A DNA stretch of 32,000 nt from Fastidiosibacter lacustris (GCF_003428155.1 NZ_QLIR01000017.1:1-32000), one strand, 5' to 3'. Counted from the stretch's first letter, positions 9,474 to 18,760 are shown. Notes: generated by a model from the letters alone, not told the origin. Numbers and translations: made by a program.

Positions 9474-10605
9474 GAATTAACTCCCATTTTTCAGCGAACT
9501 TCTTATAGCGTGAAGCTAACTCCCAAGCATGTACCTCAATATTTTTAGTATCAATGTTCTTGCAATAATAACCCAAAACAGAGTGCACAATCTCGACAGA
9601 GGCATCCATGAGAATGACTCTCCCATCCTCCGTAATTTCTTGAATACCATCAAATTGCTGACCAAGTTTATTGATTTGTATGGCTTGCTCTAGAGTAACA
9701 TCTTCTGGGAGGTCAAATTGATATTGTCCAGCTTTTATTTGCAATGGATAGCCTCCAATTAACCCCATAGGTCCTGGCGCATGAACTGAAGTAAATTCCT
9801 TATTAGTAAAGGCCTGTATTAACCTGGCTGCTGAAGAAGCAGTAATCCACATTCCATCTTTTCCACGTGGGCGAGTAAGCTCTGTTTTCACTAAATTAAA
9901 AATATCATCATGAGAGATCCCAACTAAAAGATCCTCTCCATTTCTATCTCTTGCTTCCAGTATGTATGGGGCTTTAGATTGTCCTTGTGATGGAATAGCA
10001 TTGCTGACTGCATGGTGGCAAACCATCTTTACGTGCACTTCATGTACATTGATCTCATGTTTTAATGCAATAGCAGATTGTATGGCAGGAACTATATTGG
10101 CAACATTACCTATTCCAATATCAGGGGAGAGTCCAAGTGTTTTTAAAGCCGGATTTATAGCATCTGGAAATGCTGAGTTAATCACAATACCTTTGATTCC
10201 ACTTTGTTTATATGCCTTCATTAACTTATAAACAGGCGCAAGATGCATAGGAATCCACGGTCCAATACCAGCTAAAGAAAGCGCTTTGTAAATTGGCTCT
10301 GGGAGACTTGAAATTACCCAATAAGACTGCATAGTTGCTGTATTAAAGATTATATCAGGGTTGAGTTCTTTTAGCGTGCACGATGTTTCTTCAACATTGT
10401 CTAGATCAATATTTACATGACGTATAGTTATATGATTATTCAGATTAAGTGAAGACAATGAGGCAAGATTTACCAGTTGCTTTCCTCTAAGACTATTTCT
10501 AGTTCCAATGATAATTTCAACTTGCTTAGGCTCTAGCAACGTCCAACTTAACATTTTTGTTACCATAGACGCCAAAACACCATTCCCTATAATTAACAAT
10601 TTCAT
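9466..10605 (-). CDS. NAD(P)-binding Rossmann oxidoreductase, saccharopine-dehydrogenase-like (tentative family call)
   Basis: N-terminal MKLLIIGNGVLASMV (GxGxxA). The beta-alpha-beta spacing, followed by NPDIIFNTAT and GIVINSAFP, resembles Sacchrp_dh_NADP-type proteins. The ATG at 10605 directly follows GGAGGGAAGGAA, whereas the track start at 10656 has no RBS. Confidence 0.5.
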   Translation of the reverse strand: MKLLIIGNGVLASMVTKMLSWTLLEPKQVEIIIGTRNSLRGKQLVNLASLSSLNLNNHITIRHVNIDLDNVEETSCTLKELNPDIIFNTATMQSYWVISSLPEPIYKALSLAGIGPWIPMHLAPVYKLMKAYKQSGIKGIVINSAFPDAINPALKTLGLSPDIGIGNVANIVPAIQSAIALKHEINVHEVHVKMVCHHAVSNAIPSQGQSKAPYILEARDRNGEDLLVGISHDDIFNLVKTELTRPRGKDGMWITASSAARLIQAFTNKEFTSVHAPGPMGLIGGYPLQIKAGQYQFDLPEDVTLEQAIQINKLGQQFDGIQEITEDGRVILMDASVEIVHSVLGYYCKNIDTKNIEVHAWELASRYKKFAEKWELIHA

Positions 10606-10656
10606 TTCCTTCCCTCCTACAGGTATTCCTTCTTGATTAATACTATTAAAGTCCAT

Positions 10657-10684
10657 AATATAGTCATCCTACAAAACGAAACAA
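10657..10684 (-). promoter_or_regulatory. Candidate sigma70 promoter for the biosynthetic operon
   Basis: Minus-strand TTGTTT, 16 nt, TATATT, ending about 50 nt upstream of the ATG at 10605. AT-rich background makes chance matches likely. Confidence 0.25.
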
Positions 10685-10730
10685 TACCACAAAAAATAAG
10701 ATTATCAAAAATAAATCTCAAACTGTAAAA

Positions 10731-11420
10731 CTAAAGAAATTCTATTGCATTTTTCATCTGCCAGATTTTGATTTCCCAACCATTCTTGAGTGCAAGTTTT
10801 TTAAGCTTAGGATCTGGATTAATGCAAATAGCTTGATCAACAATTTCTAGTAATGGTGCATCGTTAATTGAGTCAGAATAAAATATGCTGTTTTTAAATA
10901 GTTTTTGTTGTTGAGCAAGCCATTGCTGATAATGATAAACTTTCCCTTCAGCAAAGCTCAGAGGCTCAAGCACTTCTCCTGTGATTACCCCATTTTCCTT
11001 GATGCTTTGTACACCAATAATATTATCTTCTTCAAACCCAAGCAATAAACCAATTGGACGAACAATGTCAATTATACTGGCTGAAATAAGTAGAATTTTA
11101 CCACCTTGAGCTATACTCTTTTGGATGGTATGATATGCCTCAGGATAAGTACATTCATTGACAATATATTCGGCAAAATTATTAAATATTTTTTGCAAGT
11201 CATCACTGCTATAGCCAATCAGCGGTTGCAATATAAAACGAGAAAAGCCAAGCATATCAACTTGACCTTCAAGATAAGCGCGGGCATAGGCATTTTTAGT
11301 TGCCATATAAGCTTTTGGGTTATTCACAAAGTTTTGTTGACAGAGATATTTTGTCCACTCATTAGAGCAGTCAACAGAAATAAGAGTATGGTCAAGATCA
11401 AAAAGAGTGATGTTAGGCAT
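10731..11420 (-). CDS. HAD-superfamily hydrolase, subfamily IB (SerB-like phosphatase fold)
   Basis: Motif I FDLDHTL (DxDxT) at the N-terminus, motif II LISAS, motif IV YSDSINDAPLL. 229 aa. Separated by about 125 nt from the downstream oxidoreductase gene, so operon membership is uncertain. Confidence 0.75.
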   Translation of the reverse strand: MPNITLFDLDHTLISVDCSNEWTKYLCQQNFVNNPKAYMATKNAYARAYLEGQVDMLGFSRFILQPLIGYSSDDLQKIFNNFAEYIVNECTYPEAYHTIQKSIAQGGKILLISASIIDIVRPIGLLLGFEEDNIIGVQSIKENGVITGEVLEPLSFAEGKVYHYQQWLAQQQKLFKNSIFYSDSINDAPLLEIVDQAICINPDPKLKKLALKNGWEIKIWQMKNAIEFL

Positions 11421-11472
11421 TATAATAAATTCTTACATATTTATGTTGCTTTAGTTTACATGACACTTCCCA

Positions 11473-11492
11473 CATTGCACTAGAGTGCAATG
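11473..11492. promoter_or_regulatory. 20-bp near-perfect palindrome in the divergent HAD/recN intergenic region (candidate operator)
   Basis: CATTGCACT-AG-AGTGCAATG: 9-bp perfect arms around a 2-bp centre, read directly from the sequence. Confidence 0.3.
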
Positions 11493-11632
11493 CAACTTGC
11501 AGCACAGTTTTTATCATACCTCTTATAATAATTTAGAATTATCAAACCCACACCCCTCAATGATATTTTAAAAGATTTTTGCCTTAAGATATGTTAAATT
11601 TTTGGTACACTGTGTTTGATACGAAAGAGCCT

Positions 11633-13294
11633 ATGCTAAGTTTTTTGAGTATTAAAAATTTTGCCATCATCAAAAGCACTGAAATCCATTTTAAACAAGG
11701 CATGACCACTATTACCGGAGAAACTGGTGCTGGAAAGTCAATCTTGTTAGATGCACTTAATATTGTGCTAGGTGCAAGAGTTGACAAATCGAATTATCCT
11801 CAGAGTGAACCTTGTGAAATCTCCGCTATTTTTATTATTAAAGATATTCCTGAAGCAATACGTTTTCTAGAAGAATTGGAACTCAATGAAGGCAGTGAAT
11901 GTATTTTACGGCGCATTATCCATCATGATGGTAAAAACCGTGCTTTTATTAATGGTGCTCCAGTCACGTTAAACCAACTCAAAACATTAAGCCCGTACCT
12001 TATTAGTATTTATGGTCAAAATGCGCATCACAGTTTACTTGAATCAGCTAATCAACTCTTACGTTTAGACACTTATGCAGGTCTTATCAATGAAATTGAG
12101 TCACTTTCACAAACTTATAAAACTCTAACTGAGCTTACTCATGCTATCACTGACGAAGAAGAGAAAATTGCTAAGGAAAAAATAGCTTTGGTCTTGATGC
12201 AGTATCAATATGATGAACTTAAACAACTTGAATTGAAAGAAGATGAACTTCAGCAATTAGATAGTGATCACAAGCAACTAGCTAATGCTAAAGGACAAAT
12301 TCAAGCTATTGCGCAGATAAGCGATATTGTAAATGACAGTGAACAAAGTTTATTAAGTATGATAGATCACCTATTAAATAGCCTATATTCTTATAGTGAA
12401 CAGCCACAGTTCAAAAACATATTAGAACTACTTACACAAGCTAAAGTCTATCTCCAAGAATGTGATCAAGAAGCAAAATCAATTCTTAATCAGTTGGAAG
12501 TCAATCCTGAGAAGCTCTATGAGGTTGAGCAAAGACTCGATCATATTTATAAGCTTGCTCGTAAACATAAAGTCGAACCGAAATTATTATATCAACATAT
12601 CGCAGAACTTGAACAAAGCTTATCCCTTCACGATCAAAGTGAACAAAAGCTAAAAGAATTAATCGCACAAAAAGATGTGCTGCAACAAAGTTATCTTAAC
12701 CTGGCCAAAGACCTAAGTAACAAGCGTCAAATAGCAGCTAAAGCATTTGCTAAAGAGATTGAAACACATATTCATAAGCTTAATATTCCTAAAGGCGAAT
12801 TTTATGTCAAACTCACACCAAGCAAAACACAGCAGGCGACAGGGATAGACCACTGCGAATTTTTGATTAACTTTAACACAGGACAACAAGCTGCTGTAAT
12901 TGACAAAGTCGCTTCAGGTGGAGAATTAAGTCGTATTGGTTTAGCTATTCACGTCGTTTCTTCTAAAAAAATAGCACCTCCTACTATTATTTTTGATGAA
13001 GTAGATGTAGGAATTAGTGGTGGCACTGCTGAGATCGTTGGCAAACTATTAAAACAGGTTTCACAAAATGCCCAAATTCTCTGTATCACTCATCAAGCAC
13101 AGGTGTCCATTCAAGGCGATCAACAACTTCATATTGTTAAAAAACACCTCAAAGATCATACGGTTTCTGAAATCATTGAGCTTGATAAAAATCAGCGAAT
13201 TCACGAAACTGCTCGCATCATTGGTGGTGTTGAGATGACCGATAAAACCTTACAGCATGCAAAAGAGATGTACGAACTTTATCATTTGCAATAA
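11633..13294 (+). CDS. recN: DNA repair protein RecN
   Basis: Canonical N-terminus MLSFLSIKNFAII, Walker A GETGAGKS, long coiled-coil middle, SMC signature SGGELSRIGLAI, Walker B IIFDEVDVG. 553 aa from the ATG at 11633, preceded by GAAAGAG; the track start at 11591 adds 14 atypical residues. Confidence 0.95.
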   Translation: MLSFLSIKNFAIIKSTEIHFKQGMTTITGETGAGKSILLDALNIVLGARVDKSNYPQSEPCEISAIFIIKDIPEAIRFLEELELNEGSECILRRIIHHDGKNRAFINGAPVTLNQLKTLSPYLISIYGQNAHHSLLESANQLLRLDTYAGLINEIESLSQTYKTLTELTHAITDEEEKIAKEKIALVLMQYQYDELKQLELKEDELQQLDSDHKQLANAKGQIQAIAQISDIVNDSEQSLLSMIDHLLNSLYSYSEQPQFKNILELLTQAKVYLQECDQEAKSILNQLEVNPEKLYEVEQRLDHIYKLARKHKVEPKLLYQHIAELEQSLSLHDQSEQKLKELIAQKDVLQQSYLNLAKDLSNKRQIAAKAFAKEIETHIHKLNIPKGEFYVKLTPSKTQQATGIDHCEFLINFNTGQQAAVIDKVASGGELSRIGLAIHVVSSKKIAPPTIIFDEVDVGISGGTAEIVGKLLKQVSQNAQILCITHQAQVSIQGDQQLHIVKKHLKDHTVSEIIELDKNQRIHETARIIGGVEMTDKTLQHAKEMYELYHLQ

Positions 13295-13401
13295 CCATAA
13301 CAAAAACCAAAGTGCATAATTCAAAGTGATAAAATCTGTAAAATGGTTTGTGATAGGTATATAATAATGCCACTTCACTCAAAGTATAAAAAAATTTCTA
13401 A

Positions 13402-14208
13402 ATGTTGATTTATCCACAAATTGACCCCGTTGCATTTTCACTTGGTCCAATTAAAGTACACTGGTATGGCATTATGTATCTTGTGGGCTTTGCTGGGGCG
13501 TGGGCTCTTTCACTTATCCGTTGCAAAAAACCATATAGTCCGATTAATAAAGACCAAGTTTCTGATATGATTTTTTATGCAGCTTTGGGCGTTATCGTAG
13601 GCGGACGCCTTGGCTATATGGTTTTTTATGATTTATCTAATTTCATCAGTGCACCTTGGGTTATTTTTAAAGTCTGGGATGGTGGCATGGCATTTCATGG
13701 TGGTTTAATCGGAGTGATTCTTGCAATCTCCTTATTTTGCCGCAAACATAAATGTAATGTTTTTGATATTCTTGATTTTATTGCTCCTATGGTGCCGATT
13801 GGACTAGGTGCTGGACGATTGGGTAATTTTATAAATGGTGAGCTTTGGGGGCGTGTAACAGATTCCCCGATTGGAATGATTTTTCCAAATGGCGGTCCTT
13901 TGCCACGTTATCCTTCCCAGTTATTGGAGTTTGCATTAGAAGGAGTGGTATTGTTTGTTATTTTATGGTTTTTATCACGTAAGAGACGACCTCGTTTGTT
14001 TATCTCAGCAAATTTCTTGGTATGGTATGGACTCTTTAGATTCATTGCTGAGTTTTTCCGTCAACCTGATTCACAAATGGGTTATATGCTATTTGACTGG
14101 ATGACGATGGGACAATTATTATCTTCACCTATGATTATTTCTGGGCTTTTAATCTTACTATATCTTTCGATGCAAAATAAGAAATCTACTCAAATCCATA
14201 AGGAGTGA
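13402..14208 (+). CDS. lgt: Prolipoprotein diacylglyceryl transferase
   Basis: [11 protein letters not shown] and [14 protein letters not shown] signature motifs in a polytopic membrane protein. The lgt-thyA adjacency matches that in enterobacteria. Confidence 0.93.
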   Translation: MLIYPQIDPVAFSLGPIKVHWYGIMYLVGFAGAWALSLIRCKKPYSPINKDQVSDMIFYAALGVIVGGRLGYMVFYDLSNFISAPWVIFKVWDGGMAFHGGLIGVILAISLFCRKHKCNVFDILDFIAPMVPIGLGAGRLGNFINGELWGRVTDSPIGMIFPNGGPLPRYPSQLLEFALEGVVLFVILWFLSRKRRPRLFISANFLVWYGLFRFIAEFFRQPDSQMGYMLFDWMTMGQLLSSPMIISGLLILLYLSMQNKKSTQIHKE

Positions 14209-14210
14209 CG

Positions 14211-15044
14211 ATGCAACAATACCTTGACTTTCTACGTTATATAAATAGCCATGGCATAGTTAAAACAGATCGCACAGGCACAGGTACTAAAAGCATTTTT
14301 GGCTATCAGATGCGCTTTGATTTAACAAAAGGTTTTCCGCTTGTCACCACCAAAAAAGTCCATTTTAAAAGTGTAGTTTATGAGCTTTTATGGTTTTTAA
14401 AAGGCGATACCAACAACAATTACCTTCTTGAGCACGGCGTACGCATTTGGAATGAGTGGGCGCTGGAAACCGGAGACCTTGGTCCTATTTATGGCAAACA
14501 ATGGCGTAGCTGGCAAACGCCTACAGGAGAGACAATAGATCAAATTCAACAAGCCATTGATCTAATCAAATTTCGTCCAGACTCAAGGCGTATTATTGTA
14601 AATAGTTGGAATCCTGCGGTTTTACCAGACGAATCCCTCTCGCCTCAACAAAACGTTAAAAAGGGAAAAGCAGCATTGCCACCTTGTCACACTTTGTTTC
14701 AATTTTATGTCGCAAATAATAAACTTTCGTGTATGCTCACTCAACGCTCGGCTGATGCGTTTTTAGGTGTGCCATTTAATATTGCTTCATATGCCTTATT
14801 AACATATATGGTTGCACAACAATGTAATTTAGAAATTGGCGAGTTTATCTGGTCGGGTGGTGATTGCCATATTTACAGTAATCATCATGAACAAATACAA
14901 GAACAACTTTCACGTAACCCTTTTCGATTACCAACGCTTTCTATCAATCGTAAACCTGAGTCTATTTTTAGCTATGAGTTTAATGATTTTGAGGTCGTAA
15001 ACTATCAATTCCATCCCACAATAAAAGCTCAGGTTGCCGTATAA
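14211..15044 (+). CDS. thyA: Thymidylate synthase (ThyA type)
   Basis: MQQYLDFL start, DRTGTGT, catalytic [25 protein letters not shown]-terminal AQVAV. AAGGAG lies 6 nt before the ATG at 14211; the track start at 14205 is GTG and overlaps the lgt stop. Confidence 0.97.
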   Translation: MQQYLDFLRYINSHGIVKTDRTGTGTKSIFGYQMRFDLTKGFPLVTTKKVHFKSVVYELLWFLKGDTNNNYLLEHGVRIWNEWALETGDLGPIYGKQWRSWQTPTGETIDQIQQAIDLIKFRPDSRRIIVNSWNPAVLPDESLSPQQNVKKGKAALPPCHTLFQFYVANNKLSCMLTQRSADAFLGVPFNIASYALLTYMVAQQCNLEIGEFIWSGGDCHIYSNHHEQIQEQLSRNPFRLPTLSINRKPESIFSYEFNDFEVVNYQFHPTIKAQVAV

Positions 15045-16285
15045 TGACACAACAAATGACCTCTTTAAATAAAGCTGCTATTAAAGTTCTTCTACTTGAA
15101 GGCATCCATGAACAAGCGCAAAACGCTTTTATTCAAGCAGGTTACAACAACGTACAAACGCTCCCACATGCACTAGATGACGATGCACTCATTATCGCTT
15201 TACAAGATATTAAAGTTGTGGGAATACGATCACGTACACAATTAAGCGAAAAAGTACTTAAAGCATGCTCTCACCTGATCGCTATTGGTTGTTTTTGTAT
15301 TGGCACTAACCAAGTAGATTTAGATGCTGCACAAATTTTAGGCATTCCAGTTTTCAATGCTCCTTTCTCAAATACACGTAGTGTCGCTGAGCTTGTAATC
15401 GGTCAAATGATTTTACTTTATCGTAACGCTATAGATAAAAACATCCAAATGCACCGTCAAAATTGGCTAAAATCAACAGCTGGTGCACATGAGGTGCGTG
15501 GGAAAACACTTGGTATTATCGGTTATGGGCACATCGGATCTCAAGTAAGCGTACTCGCTGAAAATTTGGGATTGAATATCCTTTTTTATGATATTGAAAA
15601 CAAGCTCCCATTAGGCAATGCCAAAGCATGTGCTAGCATTTTTGACTTATTAAAACAATCTGATATCGTCACACTTCATGTGCCTGATACACCTAGCACA
15701 CAAAACATGATTGGTCAAAAAGAGCTAAGCTTGATGAAGGAAGGAAGTGTTCTTATTAATGCTTCACGTGGTAACGTTGTGGATATTAAAGCACTTTCTG
15801 ATGCACTTAAGTCAGCACATTTAAAAGGTGCTGGAATCGATGTTTTTCCTAAAGAGCCTTCTAAGAATGGAGAATTATTTGAAAGTGAACTTATTGGGTT
15901 AAATAACGTATTTTTAACACCTCATATTGGAGGTAGCACACTGGAAGCCCAACAAAACATAGGTCTTGAAGTTGCTGATAAGCTTATTAAATATAGTGAC
16001 AACGGCTCAACTATTTCAGCAGTGAATTTCCCTGAGCTTTCTTTACCCACACAAGCAAACGTCCATAGAATCTTGCATATCCATGAGAATAAACCAGGCA
16101 CGATGCGTGCAATCAACCGTGTTTTTTCTGACCATAACATTAACGTTGAAGGACAATTTTTAAGAACACTTAATAATATTGGTTATGTGGTTATAGATAT
16201 TAATAGTATTGAGGATACTTCACGTGTACTCGTGCAACAATTAAAAGCGATTGACGGTACTATTCGCTCACGTGTCTTATTTTAA
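15044..16285 (+). CDS. serA: D-3-phosphoglycerate dehydrogenase with C-terminal ACT domain
   Basis: NAD-binding GIIGYGHIGSQV, catalytic region TPHIGGST, ACT-like tail HRILHIHENKPGTMRAINRVF. 413 aa. The ATG shares one nt with the thyA stop (TAATG). Confidence 0.92.
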   Translation: MTQQMTSLNKAAIKVLLLEGIHEQAQNAFIQAGYNNVQTLPHALDDDALIIALQDIKVVGIRSRTQLSEKVLKACSHLIAIGCFCIGTNQVDLDAAQILGIPVFNAPFSNTRSVAELVIGQMILLYRNAIDKNIQMHRQNWLKSTAGAHEVRGKTLGIIGYGHIGSQVSVLAENLGLNILFYDIENKLPLGNAKACASIFDLLKQSDIVTLHVPDTPSTQNMIGQKELSLMKEGSVLINASRGNVVDIKALSDALKSAHLKGAGIDVFPKEPSKNGELFESELIGLNNVFLTPHIGGSTLEAQQNIGLEVADKLIKYSDNGSTISAVNFPELSLPTQANVHRILHIHENKPGTMRAINRVFSDHNINVEGQFLRTLNNIGYVVIDINSIEDTSRVLVQQLKAIDGTIRSRVLF

Positions 16286-16288
16286 AAC

Positions 16289-17524
16289 ATGAATACCGCA
16301 CTTACTAATATTCGAACTTACATTATTCAATATGATAGCCAACACCTATATGTTGCTTATAGTGGTGGGATAGATTCTAGTGCACTTTTATACCTATGCT
16401 CACAATTAGCGTCAGAAGTTTCTGTACATGCCATTCATATCCATCATGGCTTAAGCCCTAATGCTGATAATTGGTTTATACATTGCCAAAATCAAGCTTA
16501 TGCTTTAAATATTGATTTCATCAGTCACAAACTTACTCCTCCTAATAATAAAAGCAATATCGAAAGCTGGGCTCGTAATAAGCGTTATACTTTCTTTCAA
16601 GAAGTTTTATCTCTTAACCCTAATAGCTTGCTTGTCACTGGTCACCATATTGAAGATCAAGCCGAAACATTTTTACTAAATGCACTTCGTGGTAGTGGTG
16701 TTAAAGGTTTAGCATCGATTGCACCACAACAAGCTTTTGCTAATGGACATTTAATTCGTCCTTTTTTACATTTGACTAAGCATGTTCTACATAAATTCTG
16801 TATAAAGCATGGTCTAAAATGGATTAATGATGAAAGCAATGACAATATAAATTTAAGACGAAATGCCATTCGTCATATAATTATGCCTAAGCTTTGTAAC
16901 ATTACAGAAAGTGCAACGATAACGTTGACTAGGAGTGCAAAGCTTTGTGCTGAGGCACATCAATTAATACAAAGTTTCTTATATCCTCTTTTAGATACTG
17001 TGCGTGTTGATAAAAATCATATTAACCTTAATCATCTGCACACTTACCCTATATTACAACAAAAGCATATGGTTAAACTCTGGCTTGATGAATTAAATTG
17101 CCACGTTTCATTTGAACAACTTGAGCAAGTTTGCCTTGGAATCAGCAAAGCCTGTAGTAATTGGCACTTTGAACTCAGTGATCATATGCTTCACATTGAA
17201 AATAAGCGATTGTTTATTACAGCTAAGATGAATGATATCAACCTCAATCACAAGTCAAGTAGAGATGAAATATTTAGCTGGCTTAAACTCCAAAACCCAA
17301 GTTTTAATATGCCAAAAGAAGTACTCCTTATACGTAATCGCGAACCTCATGATCGCTGCCAACCGATAGGGCGCAATCACAGTCAAAAATTAAAAATTAT
17401 TTTTCAAGAAAAAGGAATTAGTGCTGTTAAACGTAAACAGGCTTTAATCATTTGCCTTAAGCATGATCCAAATAACATTATTGCAGTTTATCCTTTTTTT
17501 GTTTGTCGTTCTGGGCAAACGTAA
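16289..17524 (+). CDS. tilS: tRNA(Ile)-lysidine synthase
   Basis: PP-loop motif VAYSGGIDSSALL near the N-terminus, VTGHHIEDQAETFLLNALRGSG, about 410 aa. Confidence 0.9.
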   Translation: MNTALTNIRTYIIQYDSQHLYVAYSGGIDSSALLYLCSQLASEVSVHAIHIHHGLSPNADNWFIHCQNQAYALNIDFISHKLTPPNNKSNIESWARNKRYTFFQEVLSLNPNSLLVTGHHIEDQAETFLLNALRGSGVKGLASIAPQQAFANGHLIRPFLHLTKHVLHKFCIKHGLKWINDESNDNINLRRNAIRHIIMPKLCNITESATITLTRSAKLCAEAHQLIQSFLYPLLDTVRVDKNHINLNHLHTYPILQQKHMVKLWLDELNCHVSFEQLEQVCLGISKACSNWHFELSDHMLHIENKRLFITAKMNDINLNHKSSRDEIFSWLKLQNPSFNMPKEVLLIRNREPHDRCQPIGRNHSQKLKIIFQEKGISAVKRKQALIICLKHDPNNIIAVYPFFVCRSGQT

Positions 17525-18545
17525 TTAACTTCTCTGCACTATCCCCTCTGAGTTGCAAAGACATGCAACGCACACTTCCTCCCATTTTACAAATTTCATA
17601 AGAGTCAACTGGAATAACTTTTTTGGTTGTAATCGCAAGTATTTGCTTTAAAGCAATTTTATCCTCAGGAATTCCAAACTGTGGAAAGTAGATATGCTGT
17701 TTAGTTACTAACATATTCGTATACAAACCACAAGCTGAACCAAAGTGCTTATCATAGATATTTGAGTAATTATAAGCCGTGATTATCTCATAGAGCTTAA
17801 CATTTGGCAAAGACTGCTTTAGAGCTTGCTTTAATTGTTCTGCATAAGCCTGATCTTGTGGGTAACTATTGATCACTAAGGTATTTTCATCAATAAAACT
17901 AACAATACCATCAGCATGTTCTAAACCCCCTTGTTCATCTGCTTCAATAAATGCAATATTTTTAGCATCTGTTAATACTCTTAATTTATCTTTTGCTTCT
18001 TGTGCTGAAAGTTTATTATCACGTAAAAATTTATCACTTAACACTACATTACCTGCGTAATCATCGACAAAATTACCCCCATCATTAATTAAATCTGTCT
18101 TTTTAAAAGCAACGCCTATAGACTCAACCAACCGATAAAAGCCTGCTTGTACCGAATCTGCTAACTTTTGACCTAATTTCCCACCCCCTTGTCCTGCTGC
18201 GCTATAACGAAACATAACAGGTTGAATAGGGTTAGTAAGTGTAAAATCTCTCATCCATATATCTTGCATAGGATAATTTAACACATGATTTTTACCTAAT
18301 GTATCTATATAAACCTGATAAAGTCTATCTGAACTCAAAATTAATACCTGATCACCATTGGCAATAATCTTCTGCGCATAGTTAATCTGAAACTCAATGA
18401 TGTCTTTTTCAACTTTTCTATAATAATCATCATACTCAGGTGGTGATGCAAGCACAATTAGTTCAGCATTAGCAGCATTCATTAACATAATAGAACTCCC
18501 TATAAATAGTATAACTCTCACCACCCAGAATACAGATCTTCTCAC
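17478..18545 (-). CDS. Agmatine deiminase / Porphyromonas-type peptidylarginine deiminase family enzyme with predicted signal peptide
   Basis: Family blocks align to AguA: DIWMRDFT (cf. DAWVRDCGP), DGGNFVDD, EHADGIVSF (cf. GHVDD), and C-terminal GGSVRCMSLQ (cf. GGGNIHCITQQ, catalytic Cys). The N-terminus MRRSVFWVVRVILFIGSSIMLMNAANA/E looks like a Sec signal with an AxA site, but it depends on a GTG start at 18545. Confidence 0.7.
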   Translation of the reverse strand: MRRSVFWVVRVILFIGSSIMLMNAANAELIVLASPPEYDDYYRKVEKDIIEFQINYAQKIIANGDQVLILSSDRLYQVYIDTLGKNHVLNYPMQDIWMRDFTLTNPIQPVMFRYSAAGQGGGKLGQKLADSVQAGFYRLVESIGVAFKKTDLINDGGNFVDDYAGNVVLSDKFLRDNKLSAQEAKDKLRVLTDAKNIAFIEADEQGGLEHADGIVSFIDENTLVINSYPQDQAYAEQLKQALKQSLPNVKLYEIITAYNYSNIYDKHFGSACGLYTNMLVTKQHIYFPQFGIPEDKIALKQILAITTKKVIPVDSYEICKMGGSVRCMSLQLRGDSAEKLITFAQNDKQKKDKLQ

Positions 18546-18760
18546 TTTAAAATTTTCACCTTTTATCTAGGTTCTGTGAACCAAAAAAACTACATAAGTA
18601 TTTTACATTCCAAATGCCTTGTGTTAAAGACAAATGAGCAGAGTCTTGCGCATAAATGTTATAGTTTGCTGCCTCAAAAAGGAGATGATAATAGAATTTA
18701 TGACGCCATCAAATATTATTAAGAATTACGACAGCTATCAGGTGGATGGAGGTAATTTAA

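Noticed and set aside
5618-10730. Alternative reading of the two ATP-grasp genes as a graspetide/microviridin-type RiPP cluster
   Set aside because: I found no plausible precursor-peptide ORF. The 63-nt gap (8037-8099) is too small, and the 125-nt leader (10606-10730) holds only a 16-codon hydrophobic mini-ORF with no RBS. The co-encoded aminotransferase and dehydrogenase fit small-molecule chemistry better. A precursor encoded elsewhere cannot be excluded.
11610-11625. Possible LexA/SOS box just upstream of recN (CTGT-GTTTGATA-CGAA)
   Set aside because: Only the CTGT half-site is present; the second half is CGAA rather than ACAG. It also sits within about 10-20 nt of the start codon. That is not enough evidence for an SOS operator.
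11591-11632. 14-codon N-terminal extension of recN, plus similar track-derived extensions: lipA TTG at 4339, MFS TTG at 5631, thyA GTG at 14205, hmuV at 21193, receptor at 25834, oxidoreductase at 10656
   Set aside because: The internal ATGs give canonical N-termini ([18 protein letters not shown], signal peptide MKKKLL...), better RBS spacing, or avoid running into the upstream gene. The extensions come from taking the longest ORF.
14610-14670. Extra residues in ThyA ([16 protein letters not shown]) just before the catalytic Cys, relative to E. coli ThyA
   Set aside because: As far as I recall, insertions at this position occur in other bacterial ThyA proteins. All catalytic motifs are intact, so I do not treat it as unusual.
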